Counted from the stretch's first letter, positions 37,670 through 48,582 are shown. The stretch: DNA of 64,000 nt from Candidatus Kuenenbacteria bacterium (GCA_013202715.1 JABMRF010000007.1:72566-136565); one strand, 5' to 3'. Translations and numbers: made by a program. The notes: generated by a model from the letters alone, not told the origin.

Positions 37670-40600
37670 ATGAAAAAAATCGCAAAAAACAAAATCTTTA
37701 CAGGGTTCATTGCTATGACAACAATTGTCTGGGCAATGGGTTTGGCTGGAGTTCTTACTCCCCTACTTCCCGCTCAGGCAGCAGTTACGGTTGCAACGGA
37801 AAACAGAATCTATTCGTCCTGGGATATGAGTGGCGGAATGATGAGTGATGTTGCAGCTTTTAAAGTTACTGCTGATTCTGGAGAAACATTGAATTCTATC
37901 AATGTCCGATTTAACAGCACTTATGGTACTGCAACTCCAGCTGCAATGCTTTCGGCTTTTAATGTGGCTGGTCAAGAAGGAGCAACTGACGTCCAAGGAT
38001 TGTCTATTTACAAAGATTCTAATGCAAATGGCTGGTTTGATCCGGGCGGAGGTGATATCGTAGTACCTTGGGAAGTTCAACCAACTTGGACTGATAATGG
38101 AAACGGTACGTTTGATACCTCCCTGAATATTGTTGATGATACTTTACCTACAAGTTATGCCGGTGATTGGAACTATTTTTTACATATGCAAATGGCCGCG
38201 TCCCCTGATGCAGGCAAATCATTTAAGTTTCAATTTGGTGCTGGCGCTGGTGGAGCAATTGTAACTTCTGGAACATCACCAAGTATTACTGCATTTGAAA
38301 CAAATTCAATTAATAGTAGTGGTGGTGGTGGTGGTGATTATACAGTTTCTCCTCGAATTACTGATATATTTTTCAAGAGTCCCACTTCATTAGTCCTAGA
38401 TTTTGATATGGACATGGATACTACTTCAGTAAACTGTAATGAAGTCCTTATTCCGGGTAGTTGTTCCAGTAAATATACTTTGTTTACTAGAGATGGTGCT
38501 GATAATCAAACAATTATTACTGCTGTCCGTGGAGTTGTTGGGGACAATACTATGGTAACTTTGACAGCACACGCTAATGCCAGAATAGGTTTGTCATCAC
38601 AGGATTATTTAGTTGTTAGTACTGATCCAGCACAGGCACCTAGAGATGCAACGAATGGTATGAGTTATAATGAGGACGGAGTGATTAATTTCCATATAAA
38701 CAACGGAAGTGCTGTTATTTCAGAAATTAAAATTGGTGGATCCGCTACCACGGATGAATTTATCGAGTTATATATAACAGATTCCGGTGGATCGGTCGAT
38801 TTGGATGGGTATAAAGTAACAGCATTGGTTTCAAATGTATATGTTACATTGGCAACGTTAGGACCAACCTCTTTAGATACTGGTAAGCATTATTTATTGG
38901 CAAATAAGGCAAATGATTATAATATGGCAGTAGATGGAGTTGCTATGTTGGCCGATTTTAACTTTTCCGGCGTGGACTTAGCAGATAATGATACTATTAT
39001 TTTAGTTGACAACAACGGTGTTGTTATTGATTTGGTTGGCTTTGGTGCAGCTGCCACGATTTATCAGGGTTACTCTCCGGCAGATTCTCCGGCTCCGAAT
39101 GGTTCAATTGAAAGAAAGGCTGTATATTCCTCTACTGGTCAGTCTATGTCAGAAGCAGATGTAGACGGTGGAAATGGTTATAATAGTTTGGATAATGGGT
39201 ATGATTTTGTGAGTAGAAACGTACTTGACTCTGATCCACAACCATCAACAGCCACAGCAGAAAGTTCCGGTATGCTGGAAGATGATTATGTAAATAGCAC
39301 TCCAACAATAGAACATATGCCTATTGCTATGGCAATAGCCGGACAAAGTATAACAATAGATGCCTATATTTACGATGTAGAAAATTCTTTTAATGCATTA
39401 ATAACAAAGCAATTGTGTTACAAAGCTCCAAATGGATCTTGGCCAGGAACTTGTGTGACCGGTACAGACGAAGGACAAAATAGAGTAGAGTTTTATATCC
39501 CAGCTTCAGAAGTCACTATAAGTGGGCTTAATTACTATATTGAAGTTATTGATTCAGGGACTTTTGCGGCTTATGCCTCTTCTAATCCTACGTCCACAAC
39601 CGCTGTCATGGCAAAATTAAGTCCTTTTTTAATAAATATTTCCGCTATTGCTGGCTCCAGGATGATTAGTGGTACAGTTTATCAAAGCGATTGCATAACA
39701 CCAATTTATAATGCGAATGTTTATGTGAAAGGCACAGGACTCAGTTCTATTAGTTCCGCTTCCGGTGTTTTCACAATTACCGGAGTTTCGGACGGAACAT
39801 ACAATTTAGAAGCAACAGCAAGTGGATATCTTTCCAGTGAAATTTGGGGAGCGTCTGTAGGTGTTAATAATCCAAATTCATCGGGCTGGGTATTTTGTCT
39901 ATCGTCAGGAACAGCTGGGCAAGGTGGGGATTCTGAAGCACCGCAGGTGATTATGTCAATGCCAGGTGATGGAATGATGGGAGCTCCAATTGATATAGTT
40001 ATTGATCGCGCTCCGATGTTTTTTATGCTTGATAAGGAAATTGATATGACCACCGTAAGCTGTACAGACTGTGATGCCGCTACAGATAATATTAAGTTGA
40101 AAAAGGTCAGCGGAGGTTCTATTACTAACATTACAGATTACAATGTTAGTTTCGATACTGGTCTGGGTGCAGCCAGTAGAGGGCAAACAGTCCAATTCGG
40201 AGGTAGTACTTCTAATCCTGTAATTGTTATTGATAAAGTTGCACTTTTGGAAATAGGAACAGATTATATAATTGAAATTACACCAGGGGTGAAAGATATG
40301 GCTGGTAATCCTCTTGAGGGAAACCGACCTGGTGGCGGACATACCATATCGTTTACTACTCAATCAACCAGTAATAATTTTAGTGGTAGTTCTGGGTTTG
40401 ACTTTACTGAAGATGAAACTTTTTGGCAAACTGGTGATTTCTCCAGTATGACCGAGGACGCTGGATACGCTACAATGATGGGAAATTTTGATGCAGACAA
40501 GGGTATGTGGGCCGGAGGTGCATATAGCCCTCTGTATGTTTATGGCTCCCAACCATCTCCTGGTAGCTGGAATGTACCTACAAATTTAACAAAAATTGTT

Positions 40601-43600
40601 ATAGAGTTTAGCGAACCAATTGATACCAATAGTGTTAATAAAGGAGCTTTTAATTTGTACTCTGTCAGTGGCGGTGTTTATACAGATGTAACCAGTACTT
40701 CTATTGTGGATGCTATATTGAGTTCAAATAAGTTATATGTAATTATGGACATTAATGGTACTTTGCCTGTTGGTGAATATGAAATAAGAGTCAAGGGTGG
40801 AGTCAGATCAATGTCAGGCATTACACTCGGCGATCCAAATAATCCGGGAAATGATCATTACATGTCAAATTTTACTGTTACCAATACAACTGATGTAACT
40901 GCCCCTACAATGAATGGTAGTTGGCCTGAAAATAATGATATGTCAGTACCAATGGACTTTGGCTTTATTGATATAGGATTTGCTGAAGCATTGGATCCAA
41001 CTAATATTAACACTACAAATGTCACTTTGAAAACTGGAACATCAACTGTGCCGACCAATGTTGAATACGATGCGATGAGACAGTCAATCAAAATTATACC
41101 TACTACCGGTTTGACTCCAGGTGTAGCATATACTGCAACTATTAGTTTTGGCGCTTCTGCCATTCAAGATTTAGCAGGATTACCCATGGATCTATCTGGA
41201 CTTCTACTCACATTCAAAATGACTACAACGGCAGATAGTACTCAGCCTGTGCTTGAGTTTGCGAATTGTGATAGCTATAGTTGTGCAATCACTTTTAATA
41301 AAGGCATGAGCGCACTCAAGCAAAGTGAAGCTTCATCAAACGCTAACCTTTGGACTGGCAGTGTGAGAAATCCGGCCAACTATGCTTTGACTTTTGGTCC
41401 AGGTGGAACTGATACCGTAGAAAGTCTTACGGCCAGTGGTGTGTCCTTTAATTATGAATATGATACCAATACCGTATTGGTTGAAGGATTATCATTTACA
41501 GGCTTAAATGCAGATACAGATAAATTTGTTTTAACAGTAACCAATGTATTAGATCTTTCAAATAATCCAATCAACACTAGTGCCAATACAGCCGGTGGAT
41601 ATATTATGGATTCATCCAAGTCCGGCGGTATGATGGGACCTGGTGGTGGTGGATTTATGGGAGGTGGTATGATGGGTGGCGGAATAATGACCGGTGGCCC
41701 AAGCGGATTTGGTGGATTTGGTGCCAAAGAAGCTATGATGATGGGCGCAGGTGTGATGCCAATGAATATGACAGCCGGCGCAACTACTACATACTTTATT
41801 GACTTCCCTATGCCTCCATCAGGTGGAACTGCTAATAAACTTGATGATGGTTCATATTTTAAATTGACCTTTCCAAAGGGAACTACTTTGACTGGTGCAA
41901 TTCCAGATCCATACAATCCAAGTAAGACTGATCTTAATATGAATGGTGATGCAGTGGTTGTTCTGTCTGAATCTGGAATCGCTGCAGATTCAGTTGCTGC
42001 AACTCAGGCTGGTGCTATCAATGATGGAGTTACAGTTTCAGGTCAAACTATGACCTTGTGGTTAGATACAAATAGCGGAACAACTAGTGATCCAGATATG
42101 TTCCACTTTGAAGTCAAGGGCATTGTAAATCCAAAGGCTCAGGATTTTAATTCTTCAGGATATACAGTAGATATGAAAGCATATAATAGTGGCGGTACAT
42201 TGATAGAATCTATGACTTCTATGCCGTACTTTATAAATGCCGCGGGGTCAAATAATATTACGATTAATGTAACTGCTGAAGATGGTCTTGGTGATATGAC
42301 TTTGATGATGGGATCACCAATGTCCGGTCCAATGGACGCAGATGTATCTCTCATGGCTGGTGTGGGAACTCAAACTTGGTCAAATTTGAATGATGGTTGT
42401 TATCATATTTTTACTGAGCCAACAATTACTCTTGGTATATATAAATATTCAGGTCAGATGAATCCGGAACCGATTTGTTTGCCGGGTTCCGGCGCAAACT
42501 GGACTGAAGCTACGAGTACATTAACCAAAGCACTTACCTTTACAAAACGTAGCGCTGCTAATTCAGCTCAGCTAGCAGTATTAGTCAGTGGTACCTTTGC
42601 AGACGCCGGTGAAGACGTAGATATTTTTGCTTTTGGCCCAAATGGTGGAACCGTTGAAACTGTGACTTTTGGCGGTGAAGTTGTAAATAATTCCACTACC
42701 CTCTTTCTTCCATCCAATGGTGATTACAATATTGGTATCGGTCCGGCAATGCCAAAGGGTCCGATGGCCGGTCCCCCACCAATGCCTGATTGGATGCCAC
42801 CTATGACAACTGCGATCACTGTCAGTGGTGTCGGTGGAACTCCGGTAATTAAACGAAACGACACCAATGCTACTATTACTGAATTACCTATATCAATTAC
42901 CAGCGCTACAAAAGAAATTCGTGGACTGGTGGTCTCCAAGGGAACAACTATAGGTGCAAGTTATACTGCAGCTGCGACAAGTCTAACCTTAACCAGTGGA
43001 AGTGGCTTTGCGGAAAATGACTTTATTTATATATCTGATGGAACAAATACCGCTACTGATAAGATTCTGTCTATCAGTGGTACAACTGTGCAATTAACCA
43101 GTGGAATGGGTACATCCTTTGCTTCTGGTAGCGCAGTCTATAACATCATTCCTGACACTGAATTATGGGCTAATCAGCCAATGGGCTTTGGTGGTATGGG
43201 ATCTCACGCAACTTCACAAGCTGATGGTTCATTTGTGTTAAAAGTTGCTTCAAATGGTACTTATGATATTGGTGCTTGGAAGTCAGGAATTGGTGATGCT
43301 CCTTCTAGTTCGGCAACTGTCAAAGATAATAATGGTGGTACAGTAGATGGAAATAGTACAGCCGACGTTAAGGTTAATGGAGCTAACATTACTACTGTAA
43401 ACCCGTTCCTAATAAAAATAGGTAGACCAGATTATGTAATCTCTGGGCGAGCTATTGATTCCAGTAATAATCCAATGCAATATACTCATGTGATGGCAGA
43501 AGAAACTACAACTCGCCAAATGGCACATTCAAATACAGATTCAGATGGTGATTATATCCTCAATGTTAGTGCAGGTACCTGGAGTATTCAGGTAGATACA

Positions 43601-46312
43601 CCTCCTAGCTTTGATGGCTGTGGATCGACCTCTGCTACTGTTGTTGTTGCCGAAGCAACTGGAGATATGAATAATCAGACATTGCAACCAGCCACTACAA
43701 CTTGTTATACAATTTCAGGAAATGTGTCTGTAGGTGGAAATCTTCAGACTAATGTGCCTATTATGGTGGAAGCCTGGGACACAGATAATGACTGGCCATC
43801 CGGAGGTTATAATCGACATGAAATGACTGATACTGCTGGTAATTATGCCGTAAAAGCTGGAGCTGGAACATACCGAGTTTCTATGTGGTCACCTGATTAC
43901 GGTGAGGTTGGATCCAATGTAGTAATTACCAGTGCTAATGTAACTCAAAATATTAGTTATGATGCTTCTGAGTTGAAAACATTGACTATTGCCTTTACCG
44001 GTGGAACAGCAAGTCAGAGAGGTTTTGTAGAAGCAAAATCAACTACAGGGTCAGGTCGTCGTGGTATACCAGTCGCTGATTTAAGTAGTAGCACAACAAT
44101 GAGTTTACCCGTCGATACATATAAAGTAATGGTGTTTGTTGATGGCCTTGGTGATTACTCCCCTTCTTCAGAGGTTGATCTCACAACAACTGATCAAACT
44201 GTAACTATAAATCTTTCAACTGAAACTTCACATGCAGTAAGTGGAACAATTTTAGATAGTAGTGATAACCCGGTTTCTGGTGCAGCAGTACTTCTTGTAA
44301 ATGAAACTACCGGGCTAGCTAAACAAGCAACTACTGATGCTAATGGTGATTATTCCGCCACTGTAAAGGAAGGAACATTTACTATCAAGGCAGAGCACAA
44401 GGATTATGCTTCATTACCAAAAGCAACTCTAGCTGTAACTTCTGATATTAACTATGATTTTGATAGTGATTCAGAAAATGAAGATATTGCTGTAGATAAT
44501 GATTTAGTTGAAAAAACTGTAAGTATTAGTGGTACGATTTATAAATCTGATGGTACAACTGAAATGAATACCGGCGGATTTGTTTACGCAACAGATTCAG
44601 TGACTGGATCAAAGGCTAAGGCCAATATTCAGGACGATGGAACATATATTCTTCCAGTTACTGCTGGAAATTGGACAGTCATAGCTGATGGACCACTTCA
44701 CTCCGAGACAACTCTTAGTACTGCTGTGTCAGTGTCAAGTACAAATGTAGCAAGTGAAGATATTACATTGACTGAAGATGCGACAGATATTAAAAAGTCA
44801 GAATCATCAACCTTTACCCCATCCTCGGGTGTTAATGTAAATGATGAAAACAATACCGGTTTTGAAATTACGGCCAGTTCAGGTTCGCTTGGTCAAAACA
44901 GCACAGCTACTTCTGGAACAATTACCCTCGAAGAAGTTGATATGCCTGCTTCTGATAATTTGGTGCCTGTTGGAAACTTTGTAGATGTTTCAATGAGAAC
45001 TACCACTTCATCAGGTACTTCAGATATTAATCAGTTGACCGGTAATGGTGCTGAAATCGTGTTTCACTATACAGCTGCTGATATGACTGCTGCCGGAATA
45101 ACAGATGAATCAATGATATCCTTGGCCTATTATGATGATACTACTGAAACTCTTATGCCACTCGATAATCTCGCCCGTGATACAACTAATAATACAGTAA
45201 CTGGTACAATTACTCATTTGACAGAAGTTGGTTTGGTTGCTCCGCCGTTGGTGTCGTCTTCAGCTCCGCGTAGTGTTATGCCAAGCGCGGGATCGGCTGT
45301 AATTACCACTCCAGCCACAGATGAAGTTACAGACGTAGTTGAAGATGATACATCTGTAGTTACAGATACAGATATTGATACTGTTACCACTGTTGTTACA
45401 GATGTCAAAGAAGTAACAAAAACAGTTATCGCTGAAACAACCGCTGTCACAAGCTTTGTTCCTGAAAAACCGGCAGATCGATCACTTGCTAAAGAAAGTT
45501 TAGCAGTCGGCGATTACATCAAGTTAACCAGAACAGCACCAGATTCAGCTGAGGAGTGGAAAGTGATTGATTACATGGCCTACGGAACAACTGCCAAGGT
45601 TAAATCAATGACTAACGGAGAAAGATTTGGACTGCTCGAAGATTACAAGATCGTTTACAACCGATTGCCTGCAGCTGATACTGACTGGGAATCACTTGGC
45701 AAGATGGCGCAAGGAACTACTCCGGCCCGAATTATCGGCCGGGAAGCTGAAGCGTTGAAAGCATTTGTCAAAGTATTTGGCCGAGTTGTAGACTTTAGTA
45801 AGTCAGCTGAAGAAAAGTTCATTCACAGCGTTGCTTATTACTTGCGCCCTGCTGAGCGTGATATGGCAAAAGAACAAGCAGCTTTGGGAACATTTGCTGA
45901 TGCTTATAACAAGCTTCCAAACACAAGTTTCTTCTGGTCAGTACTTCGAGGTGTTGCTTATTCTGGTGTAGAAAAGAATGCACCAGTCCCTGTCCCTGAA
46001 ATACCGGCAGTTGAAGTTACGGCTCCTGCTCTAGACAATGCGTCTAATGTTGTTCCAGCTCATCCCGCAACTGCTGACAGAAACTTGAAAGCTGAAATTA
46101 CCGCAGTTAGTGATTATTCAGCCTTGATGGGCGGAACTCCGGATTCAGCTGGTTGGAGTACAATTTACTTTATCTCTTACGGAAGTACTGATGCCAGCAT
46201 GGCCATGACTTCAGCTGAGAGATTGGAGATTATCAAGACTTACAAGAGTCAGAACGACAAATTGCCAACAACCGATAGTGACTGGCAAGCTGTAGCAGAT
46301 TTAGTTCAATAG
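37670..46312 (+). CDS. Giant secreted surface protein (2880 aa): signal peptide, lamin-tail domain, Ig-like/CarbopepD_reg-like beta domains, a Gly/Met-rich low-complexity linker, a Pro-rich segment and a C-terminal triple ~60-aa repeat
   Basis: Signal peptide MKKIAKNKIFTGFIAMTTIVWAMGLAGVLTPLLPAQA. LTD-like block SAVISEIKIGGSATTDEFIELYITDSGGSVDLDGYKV...DNDTIILVDNNGVVIDLVGFG. GGMMGPGGGGFMGGGMMGGGIM linker and PPPMPDWMPPM segment. Three C-terminal repeats with (A/I)YG(T/S)T...ER..(L/I)..YK...(D/N)KLP..D(S/T)DW. Confidence 0.85.
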   Translation: MKKIAKNKIFTGFIAMTTIVWAMGLAGVLTPLLPAQAAVTVATENRIYSSWDMSGGMMSDVAAFKVTADSGETLNSINVRFNSTYGTATPAAMLSAFNVAGQEGATDVQGLSIYKDSNANGWFDPGGGDIVVPWEVQPTWTDNGNGTFDTSLNIVDDTLPTSYAGDWNYFLHMQMAASPDAGKSFKFQFGAGAGGAIVTSGTSPSITAFETNSINSSGGGGGDYTVSPRITDIFFKSPTSLVLDFDMDMDTTSVNCNEVLIPGSCSSKYTLFTRDGADNQTIITAVRGVVGDNTMVTLTAHANARIGLSSQDYLVVSTDPAQAPRDATNGMSYNEDGVINFHINNGSAVISEIKIGGSATTDEFIELYITDSGGSVDLDGYKVTALVSNVYVTLATLGPTSLDTGKHYLLANKANDYNMAVDGVAMLADFNFSGVDLADNDTIILVDNNGVVIDLVGFGAAATIYQGYSPADSPAPNGSIERKAVYSSTGQSMSEADVDGGNGYNSLDNGYDFVSRNVLDSDPQPSTATAESSGMLEDDYVNSTPTIEHMPIAMAIAGQSITIDAYIYDVENSFNALITKQLCYKAPNGSWPGTCVTGTDEGQNRVEFYIPASEVTISGLNYYIEVIDSGTFAAYASSNPTSTTAVMAKLSPFLINISAIAGSRMISGTVYQSDCITPIYNANVYVKGTGLSSISSASGVFTITGVSDGTYNLEATASGYLSSEIWGASVGVNNPNSSGWVFCLSSGTAGQGGDSEAPQVIMSMPGDGMMGAPIDIVIDRAPMFFMLDKEIDMTTVSCTDCDAATDNIKLKKVSGGSITNITDYNVSFDTGLGAASRGQTVQFGGSTSNPVIVIDKVALLEIGTDYIIEITPGVKDMAGNPLEGNRPGGGHTISFTTQSTSNNFSGSSGFDFTEDETFWQTGDFSSMTEDAGYATMMGNFDADKGMWAGGAYSPLYVYGSQPSPGSWNVPTNLTKIVIEFSEPIDTNSVNKGAFNLYSVSGGVYTDVTSTSIVDAILSSNKLYVIMDINGTLPVGEYEIRVKGGVRSMSGITLGDPNNPGNDHYMSNFTVTNTTDVTAPTMNGSWPENNDMSVPMDFGFIDIGFAEALDPTNINTTNVTLKTGTSTVPTNVEYDAMRQSIKIIPTTGLTPGVAYTATISFGASAIQDLAGLPMDLSGLLLTFKMTTTADSTQPVLEFANCDSYSCAITFNKGMSALKQSEASSNANLWTGSVRNPANYALTFGPGGTDTVESLTASGVSFNYEYDTNTVLVEGLSFTGLNADTDKFVLTVTNVLDLSNNPINTSANTAGGYIMDSSKSGGMMGPGGGGFMGGGMMGGGIMTGGPSGFGGFGAKEAMMMGAGVMPMNMTAGATTTYFIDFPMPPSGGTANKLDDGSYFKLTFPKGTTLTGAIPDPYNPSKTDLNMNGDAVVVLSESGIAADSVAATQAGAINDGVTVSGQTMTLWLDTNSGTTSDPDMFHFEVKGIVNPKAQDFNSSGYTVDMKAYNSGGTLIESMTSMPYFINAAGSNNITINVTAEDGLGDMTLMMGSPMSGPMDADVSLMAGVGTQTWSNLNDGCYHIFTEPTITLGIYKYSGQMNPEPICLPGSGANWTEATSTLTKALTFTKRSAANSAQLAVLVSGTFADAGEDVDIFAFGPNGGTVETVTFGGEVVNNSTTLFLPSNGDYNIGIGPAMPKGPMAGPPPMPDWMPPMTTAITVSGVGGTPVIKRNDTNATITELPISITSATKEIRGLVVSKGTTIGASYTAAATSLTLTSGSGFAENDFIYISDGTNTATDKILSISGTTVQLTSGMGTSFASGSAVYNIIPDTELWANQPMGFGGMGSHATSQADGSFVLKVASNGTYDIGAWKSGIGDAPSSSATVKDNNGGTVDGNSTADVKVNGANITTVNPFLIKIGRPDYVISGRAIDSSNNPMQYTHVMAEETTTRQMAHSNTDSDGDYILNVSAGTWSIQVDTPPSFDGCGSTSATVVVAEATGDMNNQTLQPATTTCYTISGNVSVGGNLQTNVPIMVEAWDTDNDWPSGGYNRHEMTDTAGNYAVKAGAGTYRVSMWSPDYGEVGSNVVITSANVTQNISYDASELKTLTIAFTGGTASQRGFVEAKSTTGSGRRGIPVADLSSSTTMSLPVDTYKVMVFVDGLGDYSPSSEVDLTTTDQTVTINLSTETSHAVSGTILDSSDNPVSGAAVLLVNETTGLAKQATTDANGDYSATVKEGTFTIKAEHKDYASLPKATLAVTSDINYDFDSDSENEDIAVDNDLVEKTVSISGTIYKSDGTTEMNTGGFVYATDSVTGSKAKANIQDDGTYILPVTAGNWTVIADGPLHSETTLSTAVSVSSTNVASEDITLTEDATDIKKSESSTFTPSSGVNVNDENNTGFEITASSGSLGQNSTATSGTITLEEVDMPASDNLVPVGNFVDVSMRTTTSSGTSDINQLTGNGAEIVFHYTAADMTAAGITDESMISLAYYDDTTETLMPLDNLARDTTNNTVTGTITHLTEVGLVAPPLVSSSAPRSVMPSAGSAVITTPATDEVTDVVEDDTSVVTDTDIDTVTTVVTDVKEVTKTVIAETTAVTSFVPEKPADRSLAKESLAVGDYIKLTRTAPDSAEEWKVIDYMAYGTTAKVKSMTNGERFGLLEDYKIVYNRLPAADTDWESLGKMAQGTTPARIIGREAEALKAFVKVFGRVVDFSKSAEEKFIHSVAYYLRPAERDMAKEQAALGTFADAYNKLPNTSFFWSVLRGVAYSGVEKNAPVPVPEIPAVEVTAPALDNASNVVPAHPATADRNLKAEITAVSDYSALMGGTPDSAGWSTIYFISYGSTDASMAMTSAERLEIIKTYKSQNDKLPTTDSDWQAVADLVQ

Positions 46313-46321
46313 ATTTGAATA

Positions 46322-46366
46322 GAAAAAATAAAAAACGAGCCTCATTGTACGAGGCTCGTTTTTGTT
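46322..46366. terminator. Bidirectional terminator after the giant gene
   Basis: aacgagcctcattgtacgaggctcgtt with an A-run before and a T-run after. Confidence 0.8.
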
Positions 46367-46454
46367 ACCCATCACTTACCCCGCGTCTTTAGACCGGGAG
46401 TATAGTGTTCAGCTTCCTGTGCTTTTCATTCCCAGTCTGAAGACATGGGGTAAG

Positions 46455-46838
46455 TTAGATGTCGCGAAAATGCATTCCCAACACTGGGTCTTTTTTTATT
46501 TTTTCAATATTTTTATCAACCTGTTCATAAAATTCAGGATAATGTTGACGGGCAATCCATCTGCCTTGATATCGCTGTCGGTACGGCGGTTTTTGCAGGT
46601 GCGCAACTTCATGCGCCACTGTGCGGATCAAGCCGTTAAGGCTTTTTGGTTTCATTGTCTTGGGCGTATAAATATCCAGAACAACTGTTTTCGTTTGCAA
46701 ATTAATATAGCCAAGTGTATAGCGTTTATTACTCTTACTCCCCTTTCGGGCCATTATTTTTAATTTCAAACCTTTTACCTTTAGGATTTGGCAGATTTTC
46801 TGGAATAGGATTTGGGCCAGGTCTTCGTGATTTTGCAT
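46455..46838 (-). CDS. Small HExxH metallohydrolase-like protein (DUF45/YgjP/SprT-like)
   Basis: TVAHEVAHL (HExxH) followed by H..EFY; 127 aa. Confidence 0.4.
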   Translation of the reverse strand: MQNHEDLAQILFQKICQILKVKGLKLKIMARKGSKSNKRYTLGYINLQTKTVVLDIYTPKTMKPKSLNGLIRTVAHEVAHLQKPPYRQRYQGRWIARQHYPEFYEQVDKNIEKIKKDPVLGMHFRDI

Positions 46839-46913
46839 ATTGACAAATTGATCATTCTTTACTAAAGTATAGTAAATGATTGGTTCTTTGTAAACCCCAA
46901 CTTAGGAGAAAAC

Positions 46914-47324
46914 ATGAGACTTTTGCATCACATTCGTGAAGTGCTGGCGTTGGAAAGTGATACCTTTTTACTTATCGATCAGAGTCAATACGAAGAGTGC
47001 TCTGTATATCCGTTGTTTGGGATAGTTAACCGAGCCGTATGTTCTGGTTGTACTTCAATAAGTCAAGTTGAAGCTACACTTAATTTGCGAGATTCTAGAT
47101 TGAGTGGAACAGCTTGTAGTTTGTCAGGAGAAATTGTAGATGTTAATGTCGTAAGTGGTGTTTTCGGTTGGTATCGTATTTATGTCTTAACAGCGGCTGA
47201 AGCTATGCACGTTTTTATGCTTCTAACAAAAAAGGATACTACAACTTATTTTTCGAATCCGACCGTGTTTAGACAAAGAATGAAAATGAAAGAGCCAATG
47301 GCTCCTCTCCGTCACGTAACATAG
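46914..47324 (+). CDS. Hypothetical protein
   Basis: TTAGGAG RBS; 136 aa; terminator aagcctaatctaaggctt downstream. Confidence 0.4.
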   Translation: MRLLHHIREVLALESDTFLLIDQSQYEECSVYPLFGIVNRAVCSGCTSISQVEATLNLRDSRLSGTACSLSGEIVDVNVVSGVFGWYRIYVLTAAEAMHVFMLLTKKDTTTYFSNPTVFRQRMKMKEPMAPLRHVT

Positions 47325-47388
47325 AATCAAAGTTAATAAAATAAGCCTAATCTAAGGCTTATTTTTACGTTATATGAGGTTTATTCAT

Positions 47389-48582
47389 CTAAGGAAGGTA
47401 ATCGAGCGCATTGACCGGAATTCCGTTCACGCGGACTTCAAAGTGAAGATGAGCGCCAGTACTTAAACGTCCGGCCCCAGGTGTTCCTGGCATTCCGCCG
47501 GTCAAGCCGATCGTTTCGCCTTTGGCCACATATTCGTCTTCTTCGATCAGAATTTTACTGACATGACCGTAAACTGTTGAGATCCCTTTTGCGTGAATCA
47601 ATGAAATATAGCTGTAACCCATTCCAGAGTCCTTGGCTTTGAGAACATATCCTTCGGCAGGTGCCTTTATCACAGTCCCCTGTTTGGCTCGGACATCAAT
47701 GGCCGGATGTTCAAATAAATATCGAAATGGATAGCCCGGATCATGAAATGTTGAAGTAATCTTGTTTTGCGGAATAGGCCAGCTCAGCTGACTGTCAGTC
47801 AACTGAGGTTTGTCAGATTTGATTTGTTTAAGTTTCTCTCTTGCCTTTTTTTCAAGCTCAACTAAGTTGTTGCTGATCTGCTCCTGTTCTTTTTTTGCTT
47901 GCCAATAAAGAGTGGTAAACTTTTGTTCAGATTCCTGAGTGTCCACTAGGAGCTGATCCTTGAATTCATTTTCTCCCTGTAATTCAACAGTTTGCAATTC
48001 GAGGTCTTCTTTTAATTGTACAAACTGAATTTTTTTGTCTTCCAGTGCTTGTTTGTTTGCAAGTAAATCCTTTTTTTCTACCTTTACATTGCTGAGTGTT
48101 TTTTGAAGACTATTTTGCAGTTCTTTTGTATATTCAGCTTCATTAAAAAAATCTGACAAAGAATCATTGGACAAGAATATTTTTAATGGGTTTTGTGAGT
48201 CAGCCTGATGGATCTGCTGAACCGTTTCGGATAAAATAAGTTTTTGTCTGGAAATAGCGTCTTCAGTTTCCAATATTTGAAGTTCTTTGTTTCTGGTTTC
48301 AAGTTGAATTTGCTCAATCTCAATTGCGGTTGCTTTCACATCCAGTTCAGTTTTGGCAATTTGATTTTCCAGAATGCTAAGCTGGTTTTTCAATGACATT
48401 GCTTCTTCTTGCTTGGTTCTAATGTTTTTTTGATAAATTGCAGTTTGTTTTTTTAAATCATCAACTTCCTGCTTTTTTTCTTCAATTTGTTGATTTAGTT
48501 CAGTTACATCCTGTGCTAATAAAAACTTTGGCATTATCAAAATGCAAACGGCGATTATTAAAATTATGCCGAGTTTTTTCAT
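47389..48582 (-). CDS. Secreted M23/LytM-family peptidoglycan endopeptidase with an N-terminal coiled coil (EnvC-like)
   Basis: Signal peptide; ~250 aa of Q/E/K-rich coiled coil; C-terminal M23 motifs (GHVSKILIEEDEYVAKGETIGLTG ... GAHLHFEV). Confidence 0.8.
   Translation of the reverse strand: MKKLGIILIIAVCILIMPKFLLAQDVTELNQQIEEKKQEVDDLKKQTAIYQKNIRTKQEEAMSLKNQLSILENQIAKTELDVKATAIEIEQIQLETRNKELQILETEDAISRQKLILSETVQQIHQADSQNPLKIFLSNDSLSDFFNEAEYTKELQNSLQKTLSNVKVEKKDLLANKQALEDKKIQFVQLKEDLELQTVELQGENEFKDQLLVDTQESEQKFTTLYWQAKKEQEQISNNLVELEKKAREKLKQIKSDKPQLTDSQLSWPIPQNKITSTFHDPGYPFRYLFEHPAIDVRAKQGTVIKAPAEGYVLKAKDSGMGYSYISLIHAKGISTVYGHVSKILIEEDEYVAKGETIGLTGGMPGTPGAGRLSTGAHLHFEVRVNGIPVNALDYLP

Noticed and set aside
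37351-37710. 119-aa minus-strand ORF overlapping the small membrane protein and the giant-gene start
   Set aside because: Low-complexity F/I/N-rich AT-driven ORF; conflicts with two better plus-strand genes.
39721-45450. Several minus-strand ORFs inside the giant gene (39721-40131, 39956-40363, 40858-41163, 41452-41916, 45214-45450)
   Set aside because: Shadow frames of a T/S/G/V-rich repetitive CDS; the PPII-like PPPIIPPPINPPPPGP is antisense of the Gly/Met-rich linker.
46362-46763. 133-aa plus-strand ORF overlapping the HExxH gene
   Set aside because: Opposite-strand shadow of the better-supported minus-strand ORF containing the HEVAHL motif; no RBS.
47240-47270. TTCGAATCCGACC resembling a tRNA T-loop/acceptor
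   Set aside because: No complementary 5' T-stem or D/anticodon arms; lies inside the 46914-47324 CDS.
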